A DNA stretch of 44,564 bases, from NCBI GenBank assembly GCA_944331915.1, contig CALVIR010000006.1, positions 1-44,564 of the forward strand, read 5' to 3'. Both the position numbers and the translations under genes were made by a program. Positions 1 to 9,667 of this stretch are shown piece after piece; positions within the stretch are counted from its first letter, which is position 1, and each line of letters begins with the position of its first letter. This stretch comes from an uncultured Bacilli bacterium (GTDB lineage Bacteria > Bacillota_I > Bacilli_A > RF39 > UBA660). The notes under the pieces are model-generated. The model saw only the letters and a list, made by a program, of their open reading frames with translations. It was not told the origin of the DNA and did not search any database.

Positions 1-54
1 CATACATACTACTACTCCTTGTATAATAAGTATATCAAAAATTCATTATCTTAC

Positions 55-279
55 CTACAAAAAAAATTTACACCCTAGTCCACATGTAGCAACTATATTT
101 TCATCAATCATATTAAGAAAAATATATAAATCTTTATTTAAATGATTTATCATAAATTTTTTTGTAGTATTATACAAATCAAATCTATCAACATATTCTT
201 CCTTCCAATCATCTTTTTGTTGTAAGACTCTCAATTTACAAATCTCTTCAACATCTGAGGTTGTTGCTATTTTTATCAT
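55..279 (-). pseudogene. Truncated GNAT-family acetyltransferase (N-terminal half only)
   Basis: MIKIATTSDVEEICKLR...ENIVATCGL resembles a GNAT N-terminus. GAGGTG RBS precedes ATG 279. The ORF ends before the acetyl-CoA-binding motif A. Confidence 0.6.
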
Positions 280-488
280 AAGATCACCTCTACAATTTAC
301 TATTAGTATTATATCATGTATCTGGTTGATAATTACAACTTTTTTACTATGATATAGGAGTATTGCTAGCCTAATCATGAATAAATTTCCACTAGCTTAA
401 CTAGTGATTTTTATTTTTCGCCTAAAAGGCTATACTAATGGCACTCACTAAAGTGCCTAACACGACTGCCAAAAGCATCTATTACTTA

Positions 489-952
489 CTACCCTTTAAA
501 AGGGTCAAAATCTTCAAGGGTCATCTGACAGCTTAATTGATCTTCTTTTAACTGATTTGCTATATATTCCTTTATTTTTTTTGTATTTTTTCCAACTGTA
601 TCTACATAATATCCTCTACACCAGAACTCTCTATTCCTATACTGATATCTCATATTTGCCCATTTACTATATATCATCAAGCTACTCTTTCCTTTTAGAA
701 ATCCCATGAATGATGACACACTATATTTTGGTGGTATTTCCAATAACATATGTATATGATCAGGACAAACCTCTGCTTCTATTATTGTTACCCCTTTCCA
801 TTCACATAATTGTCTTAATATTTGTCCTATTTCTAATCTTTTACTAGCATAAAAAACTTTTCTTCTATATTTTGGTGCAAATACTATGTGATATTTACAA
901 TTCACGTTGTATGTGCTAAACTTTTAATGTCATTTATTTTGATTTCTTTCAT
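489..952 (-). pseudogene. tnpA: IS200-family Y1 (HUH) transposase, frameshifted near 903-905
   Basis: CKYHIVFAPKYRR, HIH (HUH) and YIANQ motifs. The start MKEIKINDIKSLAHTT (ATG 952, AGGAGG RBS) is one base out of frame (ACG TG- AAT for the expected ACG TGG AAT). Could be a real lesion or a sequencing indel. Confidence 0.85.
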
Positions 953-962
953 TATAAATGTC

Positions 963-1022
963 CTCCTTCTAATATATATGGTTGCTTCTTGGCAGTCGCA
1001 ACACATATTATATTAGAAGGAG
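963..1022 (-). promoter_or_regulatory. RBS-sequestering hairpin in the tnpA leader
   Basis: CTCCTTCTAATATA...GTTGC / GCAAC...TATATTAGAAGGAG long inverted repeat covering the Shine-Dalgarno, as known for IS200 leaders. Confidence 0.75.
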
Positions 1023-1085
1023 TTTTTATTTTCAACTCATCGCTAAAGCTTTACTGAACCCCTAGACTATCTAGGGGTTTTCCCT

Positions 1086-1123
1086 AACAAAAAGCGAGAG
1101 CCATAAGGCTCTCTTCAGGGGGT
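1086..1123. repeat. Left att site of the integrated element (displaced original sRNA 3' end and terminator)
   Basis: AACAAAAAGCGAGAGCCATAAGGCTCTCTTCAGGGGGT is an imperfect direct repeat of 11638-11673. Identical core CTTCAGGGGGT at 1113-1123. Confidence 0.85.
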
Positions 1124-1229
1124 CAAATAAAATTAGTCATGCAAATTTATAAATATTATATAATTTCTTATAAAATAAGACTTTTATTACTATTCACTTT
1201 TAACTATACAATGACTATTTTTAATACTT

Positions 1230-1280
1230 TTGGTACCTAGCTGGGTACCTATTTTTTTTGTATGAACTTTTGGGTACCTA
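1230..1280 (+). repeat. Putative integrase arm-type sites (3 copies)
   Basis: TTGGTACCTA 1230-1239, TGGGTACCTA 1242-1251 and 1271-1280. The same motif occurs at the other end of the element. Confidence 0.75.
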
Positions 1281-1308
1281 AACAAATATTAATAATTTAT
1301 ATATTTTT

Positions 1309-2487
1309 TTAAATAAATTCTTGTTCTCTCTCTAATCTTTTTATTTCATATTCTACTTTGAAAATAATTTCGTTATTACATTTTTCAGCATGATCTTTTA
1401 TTGTTGTTGCTTTATATTCTCCATAACTATCAAAATTGTCAAAATAATATATTAACTCTATAAACACAACAAACAAGTCAAAATATATGCTGACAAAACT
1501 TGCGTAATACAAATTCATATATTTTTTTATAAATCTTGCTACTTTTTTATATAAATAAAACTGTTTCTCATTGACACTAAACCATTCTTCAGGTAGTAAA
1601 TGCCTTTCTTTATATGGAATATCTGGATTATTATATGTTGCTTCATATATGGCTCTCATCATTCTAGAAATAAATCCGCAAAACAAATCTGACATTCGTA
1701 TTCCTGGTGATGTTTTCGAATCCATTTGTTTACTATTTAAAAATCCTGCTTGTTTTGCACATCTAATAATCTTATTACTTCCCTCTTTATCAATTATTAA
1801 ATCAATTGATTTAATATTTAATTCTTTAGTTAATAAATTTAAACCTATATAAGTAGGCAAATAATTAAATTCAAAAGTGATTGATGCAGTATCAATCATA
1901 TTTAAAAACATAATAATCTCATTCATAGCATTATTTTCTAATTCTTTTAGCGGAATATTGCCATTAATTTTCATTTGATTTTTAAAGAAATCTATTAAAT
2001 CATTAAGTAGTTGATTATTTTTTTTCATTATATCATCTATAACATTTTGTGGCTTATAAACATTTATTGCTTTAGTAATGCTGTAGATAACTGCTTTTGT
2101 ATTTAAAATACACGAACTCTTAAATTTACATTTTGAAAGCAAATATTCAAGTTTATCTATTACAGATATATAATATATAATGTTATATTGATTTAATAAT
2201 TCAAAAAAATCACTATACATTTGGGTAGCATTATTGTTAAATGATGCTAAACCATATTGGTAATTTTTATGTTTAACAATATCACTTTTTAATTCTTCTA
2301 CTGTAAATAAACTTTTATATTTATTTTCGAACTTCTCATAGTGCTTAAAAATTTCATGTTTATTTATTTTTTCAAATCCTAATCCCGTACTAACATAAGA
2401 ATTAAAATAATTTGTGTCTTTTAAACTGTTTTTTGTAATATTTCTAGTATGAAAGGATTCATCGAAATAAAAATAACAATTTCTCAT
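1309..2487 (-). CDS. DUF3800-like protein (predicted RNase H-like fold)
   Basis: N-terminal YFYFDES, central IIDKE and C-terminal DSKTSPGIRMSDLFCG match the DUF3800 pattern (DES...DS...QxxD). Confidence 0.65.
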   Translation of the reverse strand: MRNCYFYFDESFHTRNITKNSLKDTNYFNSYVSTGLGFEKINKHEIFKHYEKFENKYKSLFTVEELKSDIVKHKNYQYGLASFNNNATQMYSDFFELLNQYNIIYYISVIDKLEYLLSKCKFKSSCILNTKAVIYSITKAINVYKPQNVIDDIMKKNNQLLNDLIDFFKNQMKINGNIPLKELENNAMNEIIMFLNMIDTASITFEFNYLPTYIGLNLLTKELNIKSIDLIIDKEGSNKIIRCAKQAGFLNSKQMDSKTSPGIRMSDLFCGFISRMMRAIYEATYNNPDIPYKERHLLPEEWFSVNEKQFYLYKKVARFIKKYMNLYYASFVSIYFDLFVVFIELIYYFDNFDSYGEYKATTIKDHAEKCNNEIIFKVEYEIKRLEREQEFI

Positions 2488-2497
2488 ACTTTACCAC

Positions 2498-3529
2498 CTA
2501 TTTCTTAAGTTTTATCGTAGTATAAACATTTTTCTTTGTTCTAGTTATAGCAGTATAATAATTTTTAACATTTAAAGTATTTCCAATTATAACTATATCA
2601 TTTTCTATTGTACTTCCTTTTGCTGATCTAATTGTATTTTTTGGTCCTAACCAATTATTCACTATGTCTGCAATTTTTCCACTTTTCTGACTATATAAAA
2701 GTGTTCTCTCTCCATCATCTAATTTATGGATATTTTCAATTTCAATTTTTTCCACCTTACTATTGTTATCAGTTCCATAAATTTGAATACCCAAATTATT
2801 CCTAATCCATTCACAATTAGCTTCTGGACATCTATAACTTTTATTTTGGGTACAATCTGCATCTAATGTTGCAAACCAATCTCCTCCACAATTAATATTT
2901 TGATTGTCATCACCTAATAAAATTAATTTTATATCTGTATTATATATAATCTTAGCAAAAACTTCTCTATATCCATTTAAATCTTGTGCTTCATCAATTA
3001 ATATATAAGAAAATCTAGAGCTTATTAAATCTAATATCTCACTTTCATAATTTTTTAATAAATATAGGGATAATTCCTCTCTAAGCTTATCTGTTAGTCT
3101 TAACTCTGTTTTTGCAAATATATATTTTATAGTTTTACTATTTGGAAAATTTCCCATCATGTGTAATTGTTCATTTGTAACAGTCAAGTCAATACCTGTT
3201 TCCTTTCCATGATTACAAATCTTGCCGTCTTCTTTTATGTGTATATTTAAAATACCAATTAAATGTTTTGGTAAATTTTTTGTATCAATAAATTTCACTT
3301 TAGAACCTGATGCAACCAATGGAATAACAGAACTAAATTTAGGAAGCAGGAAGCTTAAAAAAAACGAATCTATTGTTTTTGCCAAAAAGCCACTATTTTT
3401 TACATCTTTAACTACACTATTGGTAAAAGCCAAATATATTCCATTTTTGTTTTCTTTTAAGTATTTTTGAGAGTATGTTGTTTTGCCACCACCAGCAACA
3501 AATTTAATTACCTTTGAACTCATCTTCAA
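2498..3529 (-). CDS. gajB: Compact UvrD/SF1 helicase-like protein, Gabija B-like
   Basis: AGGGKTT Walker A, LAFTN, IDEAQD, LGDDNQNI, SYRCP, TIRSAKG, YTAITRTK motifs. Overlaps the upstream OLD-family gene. Start may be ATG 3523. Confidence 0.75.
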   Translation of the reverse strand: MKMSSKVIKFVAGGGKTTYSQKYLKENKNGIYLAFTNSVVKDVKNSGFLAKTIDSFFLSFLLPKFSSVIPLVASGSKVKFIDTKNLPKHLIGILNIHIKEDGKICNHGKETGIDLTVTNEQLHMMGNFPNSKTIKYIFAKTELRLTDKLREELSLYLLKNYESEILDLISSRFSYILIDEAQDLNGYREVFAKIIYNTDIKLILLGDDNQNINCGGDWFATLDADCTQNKSYRCPEANCEWIRNNLGIQIYGTDNNSKVEKIEIENIHKLDDGERTLLYSQKSGKIADIVNNWLGPKNTIRSAKGSTIENDIVIIGNTLNVKNYYTAITRTKKNVYTTIKLKK

Positions 3530-4958
3530 TATCCTTCATTATATGCCAATCCGAAAGATTAACATTATTTTCTATTAATTTTTCAACTATTTCTGTTTTT
3601 TTATGTTCTTTTGCTATAAAAATTGTTGAGTGCTTTTTATGTGGACATAACAAACTGGTATACTCATCTAAATATCCATTATTATATAAATCGGTTTCTA
3701 ATGTATTTTCTATTTCCAATAGTTTAATTCGTTTAGAGCCGCATAATTCTTTTAAGTGATTAAATCTTGGTGATGATTCTAAGTTATCAGATAACGCTTT
3801 ATCATTATCACTTACTACTATTATTTTTTTATCTAAAAAACTTGCTAATTCAATATATGGCTCAAACATAACACCTGAAACGTTCACTATAGTCCAATTT
3901 CTATTATTTTTGTATAAATAATTGTTTAATAATAATTCTTCTGTATATCCTTCAACCAATATAACATTATCAGAAAGTATTAGTTCACTTCTACCAGGAT
4001 GTAAAAAGATATTTAATTTTTGCTGATTTTTTGAACTTAATTCTGATAATCTTTTCCCAGAGATATCCAATAGTTCTTCCATTTTCAATTCATTAATTAC
4101 TACTGCAGAATGTGTTGTAGCAATAATCATCGTATTAGTAATTTCTCGTAATTCTCTAATAAGAGTTCTGATTAATGAAGGGTGTAAATGGTTTTCTATT
4201 TCATCAATTAGTATAATATTATATTTTTCACTCAAAGTATTAAGAATTATATTAGCAATACTTTTATATCCTGATCCAATTTTATAGTTATGAGCTTTAT
4301 CTCCCATACTATTATCAACAATATATACTCTTTCATTGGAAAACTTTGGGTCTGTTATTTCTATATCCAAATTTTGATTAAACTTACTACAAAAGGCTTG
4401 AAATTCATCAATTTTTTTACTCATTTCTTTTCTAATTGCTGCTTTAGATTCTTTTTTTAATTCTACATATTTTTCTTCTGAATCAACAAAATTTGAAATA
4501 CCTGTAGTTAAGTCATCAGTATATATATCTTCTATGCGCAATAATGGAATAGTATATAAATTAGGAATTTTAGGATCATCTCTTAAAATATCAAAATCTA
4601 TATTGCTTCCATTTAAATAATTAATTTCCTTTACATATCTATCACTTTGAGTTTTTCTAATTATAACCATAAATCCACATTTTTTTTCTAACTTTTCATC
4701 TTCAAAATTTAAACTAGGAATAGAATCTGGTTCTAATTCTATTTTAATGATAATGGGCAAATTATCATTACTGTCTTTAAAATCGCTTTTACTTATTCTG
4801 TAATAATCACTAGTAATAGTGGAAAATGCAATTTTTATTCCATCTAATAAATTTGTTTTCCCCGAATTATTTTTTCCCACTATTACAGTTAAATTTTTAT
4901 TAAATTCATATTTTCCTTCCAGATTTCTAAAATTTTTAAATTCAATACTTTTAATCAT
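3504..4958 (-). CDS. gajA: OLD-family ABC-ATPase/TOPRIM nuclease, Gabija A-like
   Basis: GKNNSGKT, IDEIENHLHP, TTHS and TOPRIM motifs LVEGYTE and SDND. Paired with the helicase. Confidence 0.8.
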   Translation of the reverse strand: MIKSIEFKNFRNLEGKYEFNKNLTVIVGKNNSGKTNLLDGIKIAFSTITSDYYRISKSDFKDSNDNLPIIIKIELEPDSIPSLNFEDEKLEKKCGFMVIIRKTQSDRYVKEINYLNGSNIDFDILRDDPKIPNLYTIPLLRIEDIYTDDLTTGISNFVDSEEKYVELKKESKAAIRKEMSKKIDEFQAFCSKFNQNLDIEITDPKFSNERVYIVDNSMGDKAHNYKIGSGYKSIANIILNTLSEKYNIILIDEIENHLHPSLIRTLIRELREITNTMIIATTHSAVVINELKMEELLDISGKRLSELSSKNQQKLNIFLHPGRSELILSDNVILVEGYTEELLLNNYLYKNNRNWTIVNVSGVMFEPYIELASFLDKKIIVVSDNDKALSDNLESSPRFNHLKELCGSKRIKLLEIENTLETDLYNNGYLDEYTSLLCPHKKHSTIFIAKEHKKTEIVEKLIENNVNLSDWHIMKDIEDEFKGN

Positions 4959-4990
4959 ACTGTACTACTCCTATCTTTTATATAAGAAAT

Positions 4991-5037
4991 AAAAAAACGC
5001 CAACACAAAAACTTATTAAATAATCCTGTACTAGCGC
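4991..5037 (-). terminator. G-U-rich hairpin plus U-tract between the RM genes and Gabija
   Basis: Minus strand GCGCUAGUACAGGA...UUUUGUGUUGGCGU followed by a U run. Confidence 0.5.
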
Positions 5038-5055
5038 TTATATATATTTTTATAA

Positions 5056-5892
5056 TCATTTTAATTTTATAAAAATTTGATTATCATAAAATCTCCATAG
5101 TGCTTTTTTGCTTGTAATAACATTTTCACTTGAAATAAGTCCATAATCTCTATACATTTTAGAGATTCCTCCTGAAAAATAATTTCGTCCTTTAATAAAG
5201 ATTGAAAAAAAGGCTTCATCTTCAAATAAGATTTTATACTTTTTTCTATCCTCAAGTAAATTTGCTATTTTTGATGGTACTGATAATATTCGAGCTCTTA
5301 CATCATTTTCCGTTATTTCTTTTTCTATAAATTCTTGATTAACAAATTGCCTATTATCTATATTTATATTTTCTGACTCTGCTGAAATTAATTCTTCTTC
5401 ATTGATATAGTCTTTTAATTCTTCTGGACTAAACTTAGGCTCAAAAGTGAAACCTATGCCATTTTCAATACAACTTCTTAGTAAAGTTTTTCCATCAACT
5501 AATGTTACCGGTTTTGACGGATCATTTGAGGCTTCGTTTATAACATCTTTTGTAAATTCAGAAGTGGTTATTAACATCCCTTTATGTCCGAATGGAATTA
5601 CTCCTTTTAACTCACGAAGTACATTAACATTAACTTTGTTTGTTTTATACCTTTTAGCCTGAATATAATATTCTATAGAGTCAGAATTACTAAAATCTCC
5701 AATTCCATTACGTAAAGCCTTTAAATCTATACCACCATCTTTACTCCTTTTTGTAATTTGAATTTCATCTAATCCCAATTTTCTTAAATATAATTTTAAA
5801 AAATCTTCAAATTCATATCCTGTAGCAAAACATTTATAAAATTCACTTAAATATTTTTCAATCTTGGCATCATCTAACTCATTTATTTTCAT
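5056..5892 (-). CDS. Mrr-like (Mrr_cat) PD-(D/E)xK endonuclease with an extra C-terminal domain
   Basis: FEDFL...LG, SKDGGID, IQAKRY, GMLITTSEFT and LVDG are hallmark Mrr catalytic motifs. Confidence 0.8.
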   Translation of the reverse strand: MKINELDDAKIEKYLSEFYKCFATGYEFEDFLKLYLRKLGLDEIQITKRSKDGGIDLKALRNGIGDFSNSDSIEYYIQAKRYKTNKVNVNVLRELKGVIPFGHKGMLITTSEFTKDVINEASNDPSKPVTLVDGKTLLRSCIENGIGFTFEPKFSPEELKDYINEEELISAESENINIDNRQFVNQEFIEKEITENDVRARILSVPSKIANLLEDRKKYKILFEDEAFFSIFIKGRNYFSGGISKMYRDYGLISSENVITSKKALWRFYDNQIFIKLK

Positions 5893-5907
5893 ATTTGATA
5901 CTCCTTA

Positions 5908-7686
5908 CTATACATATAGCTTTTTCCATTCTTTGATTACCTTAAAACAATTATTATTCCATTCTTGATAATTAGCTGACTCTTTTGCTTTAATATGAAT
6001 TTGCTTTATTAATTCAATAAAATTATTTATATTAAGATTTTTATCATATATAAAACTTGTAATATCCTTATATTGCTCAATTGTGAAAGGTATTACTGGA
6101 ACAGGTTTACCCATCCAACTTTCTTTGTTTAATATAAAAAATTGCCAGTTAGTTCTAACATTTATTGCTTTTGAAATAAATAATCCATATACATTTTTAT
6201 TTTTTTCTTTATCTATAAATTTTAAAACATGATCTATAACACTTGATCCTTCATGTTCCCATTGTTGAACACCGCTCATTAATGAAACTTCTGGAATTAA
6301 TACATCATCGCTAGTATATAACTCTATATCTGGTGTATTATTTTTTCCCGGAGCAAAACTTTTTGGAGTTAAATCTTCTTCTATATCAAAATTCCTTTTT
6401 ACAACTTTTTTTCCATTTATTGCCACTAATGATTTCCAGGTATTACATTCTAGCCATAATGCAGCCATATCTTCATTACCAGAAACAATATCATTAAATT
6501 TTTCAATTATTTCTTTTCTACTTTCAAATCCTTGTGATAAATATTTTACAAAAATATTTTCATTTAGACTTGTTATTTGCTTAATCAAATCTTCTTCAAA
6601 CAATTTTAATTCGCTTGATGTGTTTATTGATTGAACTTTAGAATATAGCTCATTTTCATTTAATTTTAACTCTAAAGAATATTTTTCGTTTACAATGTGT
6701 ATAGTTTTATTTAATAAATCAATTTTATCGATTATTAAATTTTTCCTTTCATCTTCATTTTCCCATGGCAAAATAATATTATCCGTATTTCCAAACCAAT
6801 CCATATATTCATCTAAGCTTGATGTTTCAATTGTATGATAATTGTATTTCTCATTTAATAACTCAACTTTTTTTCTAGAATGTTCTGCAATTCTAATTTT
6901 AGAGTAATTTCCTCTACCAGAAACATCAAATAAATTAGTAAATTCTAACGATCTACTAATTGCATCACCCATAGTAAATAAGGTTTTTATGTCTCCATCT
7001 TTTGGAAAATTAAAATTAGATTCTGCAATATTTCTAAATATTACTTCACATTTTATTCTATCGTTTTTGTTTTCTAATTGATTATATTTTTCTCTAAATT
7101 GTGTAATAGAATCTTGTAGCAAATTGTAATCTGAATTGTCGTCACATAAAAATAAATAGGCCAATTCATATCTATTTATGTATTCTAAATTAATTAATAA
7201 CTTTATTATTAAATTTAGTGGATAAACCCTTTTACCTTTTTCTATTTTTCTTCCAAAACCTGTGCATAATGAAGGAAAATTTATTTTTAATAATTGCTTT
7301 AGTAACATTTCTCCATCAAATCTATCAATTTCAATTAACTTTCCTGCTTTAGTAATTTTTATGTTACCACTAGTATCTACGTAACCAAAGCCAAAAAATT
7401 TATAGGTTGCTAAGTCGTTTCTTGCGTTACTTTCTGAATCGGCAGAAGCATCTAGAGTACCATTTAAATAATCAAAATATGTTATTCCATATATTGGTGA
7501 TGAAATATCCTCGTTTTTCTGCGCATTAAAGTAATATTCTCTGCGTATAGGATGTATTTTATATCCATTTCTACTAAGTTTACCATTAGTATAATTCCAA
7601 TTTTCATTTTCCAGATTTGCAAAACTTTTAAACCATTGCAAAGTTTTTATTATACTTCTTGGCTTTGTTCTCCATCCCCAACTCAT
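5908..7686 (-). CDS. AlwI-family type IIS restriction/nicking endonuclease
   Basis: FFGF...ITKAG, LKQLLK, PDIE...EVSLMSG..Q..HE catalytic region. Directly downstream of the methyltransferase. Confidence 0.75.
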   Translation of the reverse strand: MSWGWRTKPRSIIKTLQWFKSFANLENENWNYTNGKLSRNGYKIHPIRREYYFNAQKNEDISSPIYGITYFDYLNGTLDASADSESNARNDLATYKFFGFGYVDTSGNIKITKAGKLIEIDRFDGEMLLKQLLKINFPSLCTGFGRKIEKGKRVYPLNLIIKLLINLEYINRYELAYLFLCDDNSDYNLLQDSITQFREKYNQLENKNDRIKCEVIFRNIAESNFNFPKDGDIKTLFTMGDAISRSLEFTNLFDVSGRGNYSKIRIAEHSRKKVELLNEKYNYHTIETSSLDEYMDWFGNTDNIILPWENEDERKNLIIDKIDLLNKTIHIVNEKYSLELKLNENELYSKVQSINTSSELKLFEEDLIKQITSLNENIFVKYLSQGFESRKEIIEKFNDIVSGNEDMAALWLECNTWKSLVAINGKKVVKRNFDIEEDLTPKSFAPGKNNTPDIELYTSDDVLIPEVSLMSGVQQWEHEGSSVIDHVLKFIDKEKNKNVYGLFISKAINVRTNWQFFILNKESWMGKPVPVIPFTIEQYKDITSFIYDKNLNINNFIELIKQIHIKAKESANYQEWNNNCFKVIKEWKKLYV

Positions 7687-7697
7687 ACATTCATCTC

Positions 7698-8816
7698 CTA
7701 TATCTCATAATTAGTTATTAATAAATGTTCAACATCTTTGTCATTTCTATTCATAAAACTTACTAAATATCTTTTATCAAACTTTTTTATATAAAAACCA
7801 TTATCTTTATACAAATTATATATAAAATCTGTATTTTTTATTATTAACATAAATTTTGCCTTTGTATGTTTCAAATAATTAGCTAACCTTACTTGATCAT
7901 TTTTATCAAAGTCATTTTGTGCATATGTAGAAAATTCCGTATCATAAGGTGGATCTAAAAACATAAAATCTGTATCCGTTAATTTTATTTGATTACAAAA
8001 GCTTTCAAAATCTAGGCAATATAATTCTGTTTTCTTCATATAATTTCTTAATTCATCAGAAGTAACATATTCAATTTTTTTAGAAAAATCTTTTCTATTA
8101 TAACTTATACCCCCATATGGAACATTGAATTCTCCATTTGCATTATATCTAAACATTGACGCATAACAGTAATCTCTCACAAAATAAAATACTGCACAAT
8201 AAAATTCATCGCTTAATTTTAATTTGCTTTTATTATTATATAAATATCTAAAATACATATAATATGCACTTTTAAAAGCGCATTCTATATTATCCATAAT
8301 ATCTGAAATGTTCATCTTATTTCTTTGAATTTCAATTTTTTTCATTCTCTTAAACTTTGAAATTAAATTCTTTTTTATTTCTTTAATAAAATTATATAAA
8401 TTGATATCAAAATCATCTTTTAATAAATTATTTAACTCACTTGAGTGATTATCAATAAAACTATCAACTAATTTTTCTGCTTTTTTATCGTCTTTTTTTA
8501 TTTTATTATAGATTTTAGTTAATTCATTAGAATTATATTCAACCAATTCTTGTAATGATATCCAATTTTTGTTTATTTCATTTAAACTATCAATAAAATC
8601 TTTATTGTGTTCCTTTATTAATTTATATAATAGCATTAACTCAGTTGATTTATCGTTAATTAGTGAATTTTCACAGTTAATATTTAAATATACAGCACCA
8701 CCACCAACAAATGGTTCAATGTATCTTTTAAAGTTTGAAGGCAAATTCTTTAATATAATTGGTAACTCTTTTTCTTTACCACCAGCCCATTTAATAAATG
8801 GTTTCCTAGTTTTCAT
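7698..8816 (-). CDS. Dam/D12-class N6-adenine DNA methyltransferase
   Basis: [28 protein letters not shown] and FLDPPY motifs, plus a large helical insertion. Confidence 0.92.
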   Translation of the reverse strand: MKTRKPFIKWAGGKEKELPIILKNLPSNFKRYIEPFVGGGAVYLNINCENSLINDKSTELMLLYKLIKEHNKDFIDSLNEINKNWISLQELVEYNSNELTKIYNKIKKDDKKAEKLVDSFIDNHSSELNNLLKDDFDINLYNFIKEIKKNLISKFKRMKKIEIQRNKMNISDIMDNIECAFKSAYYMYFRYLYNNKSKLKLSDEFYCAVFYFVRDYCYASMFRYNANGEFNVPYGGISYNRKDFSKKIEYVTSDELRNYMKKTELYCLDFESFCNQIKLTDTDFMFLDPPYDTEFSTYAQNDFDKNDQVRLANYLKHTKAKFMLIIKNTDFIYNLYKDNGFYIKKFDKRYLVSFMNRNDKDVEHLLITNYEI

Positions 8817-9050
8817 TTTTTACCTCCCTCTTGTAAATCTCTATACATGACTAATTATAACATAAAATTTTTTTTTATCATATTACTTAACTATACTTTT
8901 CTTTATAAAAGTAAAAACAAATTAGAAAATTCTACTAGTCCAAACATCTAGGGATTGGGATTTATCCCATAACAGGAAATTATAGCAGATTCTTTGGTGC
9001 TATACATTTCCATTGCTTGCTAATAACCTAAATTTATAAAAATGAACGTT

Positions 9051-9077
9051 AACTTTTTCCCCATTGGGGAAAAAGTT
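9051..9077. repeat. Perfect 13-bp inverted repeat
   Basis: AACTTTTTCCCCA-T-TGGGGAAAAAGTT in the divergent intergenic region of the element. Confidence 0.85.
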
Positions 9078-9284
9078 GTTAAGATTTTTAAAAATAAAAT
9101 GGGAAAAATTCGAAAATTTTTGGACTACTTTTAAGAAAATAAAATGAGATAATTTAGGGTATTGATTTGTCTACTTGCTATGTTAAAATATAGTAGAATA
9201 GCAAAAATTATAAAATTTAGTGAAACAAAGTAGATTTTGAGAAGTTCATGACTTCTCTTTTTTGCTTTATAGGAAGGAGCGTTT

Positions 9285-9554
9285 ATGGATAACTTTGTGA
9301 TGATTCCAACATGCTTAATGAAATCTAAGATACCTAGAAGTGCAATGTTACTTCTAGGTATTTTAAATTCTAATGCTATGCAATTAGGTTATGCTTATGG
9401 AACAAATAAGTATTATGCTAAACAATTAGGTTGTTCGACAAGAACTATCACTAACCTACTCAAATATTTAGCTGATAACAATTATATAACTATTATTAAT
9501 GGTAATAGCTTTAAACGAAGAATCTATATTAGAAATAAAGTTCTAATTACTTAG
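9285..9554 (+). CDS. Small winged-HTH protein resembling phage replication-initiator N-termini
   Basis: GYAYGTNKYYAKQLGCSTRTITNLLKYLADNNYI. AGGAAGGAG RBS. Confidence 0.7.
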   Translation: MDNFVMIPTCLMKSKIPRSAMLLLGILNSNAMQLGYAYGTNKYYAKQLGCSTRTITNLLKYLADNNYITIINGNSFKRRIYIRNKVLIT

Positions 9555-9589
9555 AAAATAATTTCTATATATGTAGAACTATATTTCTT
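9530..9589. repeat. Three palindromic iteron-like sites, 22-bp period (putative origin)
   Basis: TAGAA-N6-TTCT(A/T) at 9530, 9552 and 9574, followed by a nearly pure A/T tract. Confidence 0.6.
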
Positions 9590-9667
9590 ACATAATAAAT
9601 AAGTTAAATATATAAATTAAAAATATAATGATAAGATCTTGCAAGATGAGATCTTTGGGAGGTGTTT

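Larger units (their letters stand above)
380..1084 (-). mobile_element. IS200/IS605-family element, tnpA only (no tnpB)
   Basis: Y1 transposase flanked by subterminal hairpins AACCCCTAG-actat-CTAGGGGTT (1057-1079) and CACTAG-cttaa-CTAGTG (390-406). Ends approximate. Confidence 0.8.

Noticed and set aside
380-488. Possible TnpB/omegaRNA module
   Set aside because: Only ~110 bp between the tnpA stop and the right end, with no tnpB. The hairpins fit IS end structures.
1571-8850. Short alternative ORFs (1571-1852, 3222-3470, 3514-3759, 5067-5255, 5447-5662, 8569-8850)
   Set aside because: Antisense or out-of-frame shadows of well-supported genes, with no motifs.
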